From: an uncultured archaeon
Lineage (GTDB): Archaea > Asgardarchaeota > Thorarchaeia > Thorarchaeales > Thorarchaeaceae
Direction: 5' to 3'
NCBI GenBank assembly: GCA_964558645.1
Contig: CAZLEV010000004.1
Location: 181,569 to 245,568 of the forward strand
DNA: 64,000 nucleotides
Shown: piece by piece, positions 47,615 through 56,453 of the stretch
Layout: every line of letters starts with the position of its first letter
Position numbering within the stretch: position 1 is the stretch's first letter
The notes under the pieces: generated by a model
Told to the model about the DNA's origin: nothing
The model's database searches: none
What the model saw: only the letters and a program-made list of their open reading frames with translations
Program-made: the position numbers and the translations under genes

Positions 47615-48753
47615 TGGCCTCAAGCAGACTTCTTTTATTCAGAGCTTTCTGGTATGATTTGGATATGGGGCCCATGCTTGAACAGAATGGATTTCGAGAT
47701 GCTAGATATGCTCACGCGGTTGTAGACGAAATTACGAGATTGAGTCGGAACCAAAATGTCAGAATCGTCCACGTGTGCGGAACCCATGAGGATACCATAA
47801 GTAGCAACGGCATTCGATCCCTTCTTCCCCAGACAATAGAACTGGTCGCTGGTCCTGGCTGTCCAGTGTGTGTGTGTGCTGCAGAGGATGTTGACATGGC
47901 CATTGATCTTGCCCGAAGAGGTCATACTGTGGCAACCTTCGGAGATATGATACGTGTTCCTTCAACAGATTCCTCGCTGGCTCGAGAAAAGGCTGAAGGG
48001 GCGGACGTCCGAGTTGTCTATGGCGCAAATGATGCTGTCAAAATAGCAATGGACAACCCGGACAAGGAGGTCATCTTTGTGGCGGCGGGTTTCGAAACAA
48101 CAGCACCAACAATAGCTTTGGAGGTGCTTCGGACCCCCCCTGAGAACCTCTCCGTGCTCACTTCTCTCAAGGTCATTCCGCCCGCTATGGAGCTCCTGAT
48201 GAATATTGAGGGCTTCGCAGTTGATGGTTTCATCACGCCCGGACATGTTAGTGTAATCACTGGAACAGAGGTCTTTCAGCCATTGGCAAGCAAGTATCAT
48301 GTGCCATGTGTAGCAGCTGGATTTGAGCCCTTGGACGTTCTGGAGAGCGTCCGCATGATACTACTCCAGATAGAAGAGGGGAGAGCCGAATCAGAGAATG
48401 AATACAGACGTGTCGTGAGACCTGGAGGAAATCCGGCAGCACAGAAGGCTCTCACTGATGCCTTCGACCTCAGGGATGCACCATGGAGGGGGCTTGGCAT
48501 AATCAAAGACTCTGGATATTTCCTGAAAGAACGATTCTCGGATTTTGACGCGCGAGAGAAGTATGACTTCCCTCCAATCGAATCAGTCGATATTCTGCCG
48601 GGTTGTCTTTGTCACAAGGTGGTTCTCGGCATGGTAGACCCGGTGGATTGTCCACTATTTGGAGAACGCTGTACTCCGGCTGATCCCTATGGGCCCTGCA
48701 TGGTAGGACACGAAGGCACCTGCCGGATTAGACACGAGAACATTCCTGTCTAG
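47614..48753 (+). CDS. hypD: [NiFe]-hydrogenase maturation protein HypD
   Basis: HVCGTH, GPGCPVC, GFETT, PGHVS, GPCMV.HEG.C; true start probably about 20 codons downstream. Confidence 0.96.
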   Translation: MASSRLLLFRAFWYDLDMGPMLEQNGFRDARYAHAVVDEITRLSRNQNVRIVHVCGTHEDTISSNGIRSLLPQTIELVAGPGCPVCVCAAEDVDMAIDLARRGHTVATFGDMIRVPSTDSSLAREKAEGADVRVVYGANDAVKIAMDNPDKEVIFVAAGFETTAPTIALEVLRTPPENLSVLTSLKVIPPAMELLMNIEGFAVDGFITPGHVSVITGTEVFQPLASKYHVPCVAAGFEPLDVLESVRMILLQIEEGRAESENEYRRVVRPGGNPAAQKALTDAFDLRDAPWRGLGIIKDSGYFLKERFSDFDAREKYDFPPIESVDILPGCLCHKVVLGMVDPVDCPLFGERCTPADPYGPCMVGHEGTCRIRHENIPV

Positions 48754-49379
48754 CGTCGATTGGCCGCGATACTCTCCAGCTCGCGAAGCTCGGCAGGAGT
48801 GTTGAGATTCTTGAAAGTGTCTAGTTCGGGATCAAACTGCTCCAAGATGACCGTTGATATGAAGAGAACATTTCGAAGCTTATCCAGCAGATCACTCATC
48901 CGGTATTTTCCTGATTCCAGAACATCCAGACCGTTTGCATATGCATGTTCCGAGAGATAGACAGCATGAAGGGGTTCGATATATCCAGAAGGCCAAGAAG
49001 GAACAACTGCGCCGTGGCCTGGAGCAAGGTCCCCAAGCATTCTCAGAAGTGTGGTGTTCGCGAGAGGTGTGTCAACCGGGAGAAGAAGTGTGTATCGAGT
49101 CTTAGCGAACTCGAATGCAGTGACTGCTCCAGTCAGGGCGCTCTTGACCGAGTCATCAGGATCACGAACAACTCGTACCCCCTGAAGTATCTCTTCGAAC
49201 TGTGCAGTCTCTTGTTCTGCATTGAGCACTAGCAACGTATTAGGAGAGATTGTACTGGCAATGTCTATCATGTGCTTCACAAGAGGACGGCCATTGAATG
49301 GGGCCAGTGCTTTCTCCATCTGGAAACGGCTTGAATTTCCGCCGGCAAGAACTGCAACTGTTAGGTGTGATTCATCCAT
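48750..49379 (-). CDS. mobA: Molybdenum cofactor guanylyltransferase
   Basis: LAGGNSSRF..K, VDTP, EPLHAVY, NLNTP. Confidence 0.92.
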   Translation of the reverse strand: MDESHLTVAVLAGGNSSRFQMEKALAPFNGRPLVKHMIDIASTISPNTLLVLNAEQETAQFEEILQGVRVVRDPDDSVKSALTGAVTAFEFAKTRYTLLLPVDTPLANTTLLRMLGDLAPGHGAVVPSWPSGYIEPLHAVYLSEHAYANGLDVLESGKYRMSDLLDKLRNVLFISTVILEQFDPELDTFKNLNTPAELRELESIAANRR

Positions 49380-49448
49380 TTCTCCTATCGCTCCAAGGGG
49401 GGCTCACGTGTCCTTTGATATAGGTGACTGAGAGGACAAAAACATCCC

Positions 49449-51410
49449 TCATTCATGGACCGACAGATACTCCTTTATCATTGCGGAGATCTGGCCGTCG
49501 GTATAGTGCTGTGACTTCATTGCCCCGCTTGGACATGTAGACGTGCAGGTACCACATCCCTTGCAGAGAGCTGGGTTAACATTTGCCTTTCCTCGCTCGT
49601 TTATGGTCACTGCGTTGTAGGGACACACTGAAACACAGACCCTACAACCCGCACACTTATCCTCATCCACAATGGTGTAGTAGGGTTCAACGCTAATCCG
49701 GCCCTTGCCCATAAGAGACATCGCTCCCGAGGATGCAGCCTTCGCTTGTGCAACGGTATCAGGGATATCTTTTGGGCCCTGAGCCATACCGGCAACAAAG
49801 ATACCATCATTGAAGCTGTCAACTGGTCTGAGTTTGGGATGAGCCTCCATCAGAAATCCATCAGGCGATTGGCTGAGATTGAGAGTCTTTGCGATACTCT
49901 TAGCACCCTGCGACGGAACTACTCCAGTCGAGAGAACAACAAGATCAACATCCTCAAGCTGGATAGGTTTGCCAAGCAAGGTGTCTTCTCCTCTCACAAC
50001 CAAGCTATGATCGGCTTGTTCGATAATCTCACCAACCCTGCCTCGAATGAAAGTTACACCTGCCGAGGCAGTTTCCTCATAGAACTCTTCATAGCCTTTA
50101 CCGAAGGTCCTGAGGTCGATATAGAAGAGATATACCTGTGCCCCTGTCTTGTCACGTATCATTCGTGCCTGCTTGATGGCTGTCATACAACAGATTCGTG
50201 AGCAATACTTGTTCGTCTTCTCGTCTCGACTACCGACACACTGGATGTAGACAAGTTTCTTTGGCTCCTGAAAGTCGGAGGGGCGAACTACATGACCTTC
50301 CGTGGGACCAGCAGCGCTCAACATGCGCTCGATCTCCATGATGTTCACAACGTTTGCAAACTCGCCGTATCCATACTCCTCCTTCTGTGTTGCATCAAAG
50401 ATATCGAAGCCTGTAGCAACAATAATAGTTCCCACTTCCAGCTTGATGATCTTCTCAGCATCATCATAGTTGATTGCTTCAGCCTCGCATGTATCCTTGC
50501 ATTTCCCGCAACGAACTGCATCCACGCCAAGGCAGCTGTTCATGTCGAGCAGATAAGCCGAAGGTACAGCCTGAGCAAATGGGATGTAAATCGCCTTACG
50601 GTACGTGAGATTGGCGTCAAACTCGGCAGGCACGTCAACTGGACATACATCGGAGCAATCGCCACAGGAAGTGCATTTGTCCTCTATAACGTATCTCGGC
50701 TGCTGTTTCACAGTGACCTCGAAATTGCCAACATAACCGTCGACATTGTCTACTTCGGCCATTGTAAGAATCTCGATATTTGGATGAGCTCCGACCTCAG
50801 CCATTCTAGGTGTGAGAATACAGCTTGAACAATCGAGAGTTGGAAATGTCTTGTCGTGTCGCGCCATCTTTCCGCCTATGCTCGGTTCTCTCTCCACAAG
50901 ATAGACCCTGAAACCAGCATCTGCCAAGTCAAGTGCCGCAGAAATGCCAGCGATTCCTGCACCGATTATCAGGGTTGACTTCCTGATATCAACCTCAGAT
51001 TCCTCAAGAGGTTCCAGAAGTCTGGCACGAGCCACTGCCATACGAACCAGATCGACCGCCTTTTCGGTCGCGGCCCCGGGGTCATTCGAATGAATCCAGC
51101 TGTCATGTTCACGGAGATTGGCAATCTCTAGAAGGAAGGGGTTGAGGCCGCCCTCACGCATTGTCTGTCTAAAAGTCAGTTCATGCATTCTGGGGGAACA
51201 GGCCCCAATCACAATGCGGTTCAGTTTGTGTTCTTTGATCTTATCTTTGACAATCTGTTGGCCTGGCTTGGAACACACGTATTTGTAATCTTCAACATGA
51301 ACAACATCAGGAATGGTCTTGATTTCTTCCATCACAGTGGGTATGTCCACGACGCCTGCTATGTTACTGCCACAATGGCACAGGAAGACACCGATTCTTG
51401 CTTCAGGCAT
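49449..51410 (-). CDS. hdrA: Heterodisulfide reductase subunit A
   Basis: RIGVFLCHCG.NI, ACSPRMHE, KTFPTLDCSSC, QCVGSRD, YCSRICC, QGPKDIPD, C-terminal ferredoxin; start MPEA at 51410. Confidence 0.96.
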   Translation of the reverse strand: MPEARIGVFLCHCGSNIAGVVDIPTVMEEIKTIPDVVHVEDYKYVCSKPGQQIVKDKIKEHKLNRIVIGACSPRMHELTFRQTMREGGLNPFLLEIANLREHDSWIHSNDPGAATEKAVDLVRMAVARARLLEPLEESEVDIRKSTLIIGAGIAGISAALDLADAGFRVYLVEREPSIGGKMARHDKTFPTLDCSSCILTPRMAEVGAHPNIEILTMAEVDNVDGYVGNFEVTVKQQPRYVIEDKCTSCGDCSDVCPVDVPAEFDANLTYRKAIYIPFAQAVPSAYLLDMNSCLGVDAVRCGKCKDTCEAEAINYDDAEKIIKLEVGTIIVATGFDIFDATQKEEYGYGEFANVVNIMEIERMLSAAGPTEGHVVRPSDFQEPKKLVYIQCVGSRDEKTNKYCSRICCMTAIKQARMIRDKTGAQVYLFYIDLRTFGKGYEEFYEETASAGVTFIRGRVGEIIEQADHSLVVRGEDTLLGKPIQLEDVDLVVLSTGVVPSQGAKSIAKTLNLSQSPDGFLMEAHPKLRPVDSFNDGIFVAGMAQGPKDIPDTVAQAKAASSGAMSLMGKGRISVEPYYTIVDEDKCAGCRVCVSVCPYNAVTINERGKANVNPALCKGCGTCTSTCPSGAMKSQHYTDGQISAMIKEYLSVHE

Positions 51411-51705
51411 TTTGTTCTCCTCGGATACACCCTCTAGCTTTGGCGTGTTGCAATCTACAGCCATCGGCCAGTTGGCGATACGTCTTGCGAAGACTGGGAT
51501 TGAGGTAATAAAGCGTTGCGGATTATGCCGAAGTAGAGATTGTACTATAGTTACCAACTGAAAGATTCGGGCAAGTAGTCTGAGGTATACAAGAACAGAA
51601 CACGTGTTCGGCAGCACTGCGTACTGTACGAGAATTAGGATGGGTAGGTTGTGCTTGTTCTGCTGAGAATGCAAGCCTCAAAAGCCTCAAGGCTATTGTA
51701 ACCAC

Positions 51706-52323
51706 ATGTTAAACATCGATCTTGTTGGTCCTTTGATATCTCCTCTCGCCTTAGCGGATGTCCTTATGCATATCTACCTTGACTGGAAGAAGGTACGGCG
51801 TGATGAATTGAACCTACAAGAATCCGATGTCACAGTAAGTACTCTACCGATGATCGCGGCGATGATCAGCACTCTGCTATCGTTTGCCCTGGTATTGATG
51901 CTGACTCTGCAATGGGCGGGCGTACTTGACATGGGCATCCTATCGGCATTGATTCCGCTCTTCAATCCTCCACCAACAATTTGGCTGGCGGGATTGGTTC
52001 TCATTGTGGTAGGAATTCCATTCCATGCTTGGTCCCGGTGGGTAAGAAACGAGATGGCGTCTTCATGGGCGATGAGTCAGGAGCACGTTCTGATTACGAA
52101 TGGACCATATAGGTGGATAAGACATCCCTCCTATACTTCCTATGCCATCTGCTTCCTAGGGCTTTTTCTCTTGATTCCATCCATAGTGACCACAGTCATG
52201 CTGTTCGGGATACCTGCGTACTACTCCATCGCCAAGAGGGAGGAAGAGATGCTACTGCATCAGTTTGGTGATGAGTACAGAGAATACATGAAGCGGACTG
52301 GAAGAATGTCGCCAAGAGTTTGA
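51706..52323 (+). CDS. ICMT/PEMT-family membrane methyltransferase
   Basis: LITNGPYRWIRHPSY, EE..L...FG.EY..Y; TM helices. Confidence 0.88.
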   Translation: MLNIDLVGPLISPLALADVLMHIYLDWKKVRRDELNLQESDVTVSTLPMIAAMISTLLSFALVLMLTLQWAGVLDMGILSALIPLFNPPPTIWLAGLVLIVVGIPFHAWSRWVRNEMASSWAMSQEHVLITNGPYRWIRHPSYTSYAICFLGLFLLIPSIVTTVMLFGIPAYYSIAKREEEMLLHQFGDEYREYMKRTGRMSPRV

Positions 52324-52488
52324 CTAGATTTTCGAGGCGTAATCTCTCGCGGACGCATATTCGGGCTCACAGGAGAAGGATTGAACTGTGGGTTTTCTTT
52401 CGTGACTAGTCGAAAACCTTCACCTCTCTCACCAAAACGATAAAAAGCAACGATAAAGGCGATGCCTTTAGTCCACGGAGAAGATGTC

Positions 52489-53262
52489 ATGACCGGAAAG
52501 GTGTGGAAGTACATCAGAAATAAAATCGAGAGAGAAGGCGCACTTCATTTCTCCCTCCTAGATCCGGATCCATTGAAGATGACCACAGAAACGGTTGTTG
52601 AATTGGCGCAGCTCTCCGAAAAGGCTGGTACGGATGCCATCATGATCGGAGGTAGTACGATTTTCGGCGTGATTGACGATTCTGTAAGAGCCATCACGGA
52701 AGCGGTTGACATTCCCACCATTCTCTTTCCAGGTAACATCACAGGCGTTTCTGAACACGCAGATGCCATGTTCTTCATGAGTCTGCTGAATAGCACAAAC
52801 CCCTATTGGATCATCGGTGCTCAGGCTTTAGGAGCAGGAAAGGTTCGACTCTCTGGTATAGAGACCATCCCAATGGGATATCTACTGATTGCACCCGGAA
52901 AGACTGCAGCATGGGTCGGTGACGCAAAGGTCTTTCCAAGAGATAAGCCAAAGATTGTCTTGATGTATGCGCTAGCAGCCCAGTTCATGGGCTTCAAATT
53001 GGTCTACTTGGAAGGGGGAAGCGGCGCAGAAGGAGGCGGTGTGCCCACGGAAATTATCAGCACGGTATCTCAGTTCGTGGACATCCCAGTCATTACCGGT
53101 GGAGGGTTCAACGACCCAGTAGCGGTCGCGGGCGCCATAGATTCAGGAGCGTCAATTGTCGTTCAGGGCACCTATATAGAGGAGCAGGTTCCAAAGGATG
53201 ATGGAAAAGGGCTTACTGAAATCATCAAAGCGCTGAAGGATGCAGGTTCCAAGAGAGTTTAA
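52489..53262 (+). CDS. Geranylgeranylglyceryl phosphate synthase
   Basis: LLDPD, AIMIGGS, ILFPG, MSLLNS, YLEGGSG. Confidence 0.95.
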   Translation: MTGKVWKYIRNKIEREGALHFSLLDPDPLKMTTETVVELAQLSEKAGTDAIMIGGSTIFGVIDDSVRAITEAVDIPTILFPGNITGVSEHADAMFFMSLLNSTNPYWIIGAQALGAGKVRLSGIETIPMGYLLIAPGKTAAWVGDAKVFPRDKPKIVLMYALAAQFMGFKLVYLEGGSGAEGGGVPTEIISTVSQFVDIPVITGGGFNDPVAVAGAIDSGASIVVQGTYIEEQVPKDDGKGLTEIIKALKDAGSKRV

Positions 53263-53313
53263 ATATCCGAGCTTGGTCATTGACAGAACGATACCCAAGG
53301 GAGGAATAGCACA

Positions 53314-53706
53314 TTGTCAAGCAAGACTGAAATGCTGAATGAACTTCTTGAGGACCTTAGCCGAGCCTCCCAAGGGAACGTAGAGGCCAGCATGATAATC
53401 TCAAAATCACAGGGACTCACGATACAATCCCACTATCCCTCAGGGACTGACAAGCGTGCAGTTCCGGACGAGGATGTGATTGCTGGCCGTGCAACGCAGA
53501 TAGACATGGCCACGCGGAAGGTCTTCGGTGAGCTAAAACGCGGAGAGCTTGTTCGCATGCTTGTCGAGGGTGACGACGGTTATGTGGTGATTTGCAATGC
53601 AGGGGAGGATGCATTACTGGCTGTTCTCACCAACAAACGTGCAAATATAGGGTACATGTTCTTTATGATGAGTCGTATTGCTACGAGAATAGCAAGCGTG
53701 CTGTGA
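53314..53706 (+). CDS. Roadblock/LC7 domain protein
   Basis: ELKRGELVRMLVEGDDGYVVICNAGEDALLAVLT..ANIG. Confidence 0.9.
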   Translation: MSSKTEMLNELLEDLSRASQGNVEASMIISKSQGLTIQSHYPSGTDKRAVPDEDVIAGRATQIDMATRKVFGELKRGELVRMLVEGDDGYVVICNAGEDALLAVLTNKRANIGYMFFMMSRIATRIASVL

Positions 53707-53766
53707 GTGTCTTTCCGTCAGTTTTATGTGATATTAGGTTTCCATCGAGATGAAACAGCAGCATAG

Positions 53767-54720
53767 GTGATAGTGGTGTCAGATAAGGAATCATCCGAAA
53801 CAAAGGAAAAGGTCACCGAGAACGAAGAGCCGGAGGACGAGTGGGAGAAGTGGCGCAGGGCAGGTGTTGTGGCCAAGGATGCCCTTGATATTGCCAGGAG
53901 GATGATCGAGCCCGATGTCAAGGTCTTAGATATTGTTGAAGCGGTTGAAAAGCATATCCTGGAAAATGCTACAGGTATCGCATTTCCGTGCAACGTGGCT
54001 CTGAATCATGTGGCAGCACACTATACATCACCATTAGATGATGAAACGGCAATTCAGGAAGGCGATCTGGTAACAATAGACTGTGGTGCACACATTGATG
54101 GTTGTATTTCTGATAGTGCCTTCACTGTTGCTCTCAATCAAGACCATCAAGACCTTGTTAAAGCTGCAGAAGATGCAACCACTGTGGCCATCAAGATGAT
54201 GCGGCCAGGTGCCAAGCTGAATACCATCGGTGCACTGATTGAAGACACCATTCAGAGTGCGGGCTTCCAGCCAGTAAAGCAATTGTCAGGACATCAGCTG
54301 CGTGAGTACGAGCTTCACTCGGATAAGCAAGTGCCCTGTGTGTCCGGCAAGTCAGAGGTCCTGGTTGAAGCAGGTGAAGTCTATGCGATTGAAACCTTCG
54401 CCAGTACAGGTTCCGGCAATGTCAGCGACCTTCCGAATCCATTGATCTATCAGCTACTTCCAATCAGAGTCCCAGTGAGATTTCGCGGTTCAAAGAAGTT
54501 CCTCGCTATCGCCCGACGCAAGTATCAGGAGTTTCCTTTTGCAGAGAGATGGATAGCAAAAGAGATGAAGAACGCCGAACTCAGGATGGCTATCCGTGAG
54601 CTTCAACAGAATGGTGCTCTGATAGGGCATAACATCCTTGCTGAAGACAAGGAGGAGCTTGTTTCTCAACATGAGCACACGGTCATTGTAACCGAGGATG
54701 GCTACGAACAGACAACATAG
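53767..54720 (+). CDS. map: Methionine aminopeptidase type II
   Basis: AFPCN..AAHY, DCGAHIDG..D, LSGH, AIETF, QHEHT. Confidence 0.96.
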   Translation: MIVVSDKESSETKEKVTENEEPEDEWEKWRRAGVVAKDALDIARRMIEPDVKVLDIVEAVEKHILENATGIAFPCNVALNHVAAHYTSPLDDETAIQEGDLVTIDCGAHIDGCISDSAFTVALNQDHQDLVKAAEDATTVAIKMMRPGAKLNTIGALIEDTIQSAGFQPVKQLSGHQLREYELHSDKQVPCVSGKSEVLVEAGEVYAIETFASTGSGNVSDLPNPLIYQLLPIRVPVRFRGSKKFLAIARRKYQEFPFAERWIAKEMKNAELRMAIRELQQNGALIGHNILAEDKEELVSQHEHTVIVTEDGYEQTT

Positions 54721-54928
54721 TTTAGTTTCCAAGAATGAAAACTGAGAGTGCCCAAGGAATCGGAGCGAGTTTCTCTAGAATAGACAGAATGTCCATCGGG
54801 AAACCGTCCTTCGCAACCATTAAAAGCGTTCTTTCGCCTGTGTTAAGTTGAGTAATGGGAGCTGCATAGACACCTTGATTCTACCTTGACATTCCGCAGT
54901 ACCAACATCTCATTCACACTCAAGGGGA

Positions 54929-55906
54929 ATGACTTGTGTGAAGAGCGTACATGGCTATTCCACTGAGAAAGAAGGTATTCTTGAGTCAACGGAAAAGACC
55001 GTTTGCCCGGAGTGCGGTTCTGAGCTTGTCGTTGAAGACCTCGCGCGTGGTGAGAGAGTATGTGGGGGATGTGGCCTTGTTCTATCAGATCATCACATTG
55101 ATTCTGGTGCCGAGTGGAGATCTTTCACTGCTGAAGAGGCAGAGGCAAGAAGTCGCGTCGGTGCCCCTATGAGGTATACGGTTCACGATAAGGGTCTCTC
55201 CACAGTGATTGATTGGAGGGACAGAGACACATCAGGCAGGAAGTTGAGTCCTCGGAGGAGGTCTGAGGTTTACAGGCTGAGGAAATGGCAGATACGTTCG
55301 CGCGTGCACAGCTCAATGGACAGAAACTTGGCTCAAGCAATGTCGGAGTTGGAGAGGTTGTCATCCCAACTCGGGATTCCGAAACCAATCAGGGAGCTTG
55401 CAGCCTTACTCTACAGAAAATCTATCATCAAGAAGCTTGTCAGAGGACGATCAATCGAGGCCATGGTTGCAGCTACCCTATATGCCGCTTGTCGGATGCG
55501 AGTCAAACCGCGGCCTCTTGACGAGGTTGCCGATGTTTCAAGAATCGACAAGAAGAAACTCGGTCAGTGTTATCGCCTGCTGTTGAGAAGCTTGAATGTT
55601 AAGATACCTCTGTCCAATCCTATCGACTATATCTCCCGATTTGCGTCCCAGCTGGACCTATCAAGCCCTGTACAACTGAGAACTGTGGAGATACTCCAGC
55701 AGAGCCGCGAGAAGGGGCTGACAATTGGAAGAGATCCGCTTGGCCTTGCTGCAGCTGCAATATATGTTGCCTCAATAATGCTTGATGAAAGAAAGACTCA
55801 AAGAGAGATTGCCGAAGTTGCCCGCGTCACAGAGGTGACTGTGAGGAATCGCTACAAGGAAATCGTTGAAGTGCTCGAAATCGATGCAAAATCGACTGGA
55901 AGATAG
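54929..55906 (+). CDS. tfb: Transcription initiation factor IIB
   Basis: CPECG Zn ribbon, EWRSF, SRVG, RLRKWQ, RGRSIE, TQREIA, EVTVRNRYKE. Confidence 0.98.
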   Translation: MTCVKSVHGYSTEKEGILESTEKTVCPECGSELVVEDLARGERVCGGCGLVLSDHHIDSGAEWRSFTAEEAEARSRVGAPMRYTVHDKGLSTVIDWRDRDTSGRKLSPRRRSEVYRLRKWQIRSRVHSSMDRNLAQAMSELERLSSQLGIPKPIRELAALLYRKSIIKKLVRGRSIEAMVAATLYAACRMRVKPRPLDEVADVSRIDKKKLGQCYRLLLRSLNVKIPLSNPIDYISRFASQLDLSSPVQLRTVEILQQSREKGLTIGRDPLGLAAAAIYVASIMLDERKTQREIAEVARVTEVTVRNRYKEIVEVLEIDAKSTGR

Positions 55907-55973
55907 CAAGATAGTTGCCACAGCCTCTTCGAGAGCATTCAGTTCTTCAGACAACGAATCTTCATGATGGGCC

Positions 55974-56312
55974 TTATCTTCGTCCACCCTTGAATGACCA
56001 GTCGACCTTGATTGAATCCTCAGGGAAACCCATCTTGGAAAGAACATCAACGATTACTCCACGATGGTCGCCCTGGAGTTCAACATGTCCACGCTTCGCG
56101 GCACCGCCGCACGCAAGCTTGCTTTTCAGCTTCGTGGCCATTTCACCAAGGTCTATATTCTTATCGAAGCCTTCTACAACAGTGGTCAGTCTTCCCCACT
56201 TTCTTCGTTCGACAGTCACCGTTATTCGAGCTTCTTCTTGCGCTATGGTCTCACACACACAGAGGTCTGCAGGGAGACCGCAATTGGGACAAATACCACC
56301 TTCATCGGACAG
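55974..56312 (-). CDS. sui1: Translation initiation factor aIF1/SUI1 with an inferred CUG start
   Basis: LKSKLACGG, ELQGDHR; conserved N-terminal ICPNCGLPADLCVCE lies upstream of the track's GTG; CTG at 56312 with AGGAG SD and an in-frame TAA two codons upstream. Confidence 0.9.
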   Translation of the reverse strand: MSDEGGICPNCGLPADLCVCETIAQEEARITVTVERRKWGRLTTVVEGFDKNIDLGEMATKLKSKLACGGAAKRGHVELQGDHRGVIVDVLSKMGFPEDSIKVDWSFKGGRR

Positions 56313-56453
56313 AGTTTACTTACTCCTGAAATGTGTTTTTTCTTGCAGTTGATAGACCCATAGATGTGGGAGTGCCATATAAGTGCAACTGCGGGGGAAG
56401 AAAGAGGACATTGACAAGAGTAAAGAGGAGTTAACTGAGCTTCTTTAAATAGA

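Noticed and set aside
49449-51410. Selenocysteine-containing HdrA or SECIS element
   Set aside because: No in-frame TGA; Cys is encoded at the TLDC site.
51411-51674. 88-aa N-terminal extension of HdrA in the ORF track
   Set aside because: HdrA homology begins at MPEARIGVF, which has its own SD; the upstream part is divergent promoter region.
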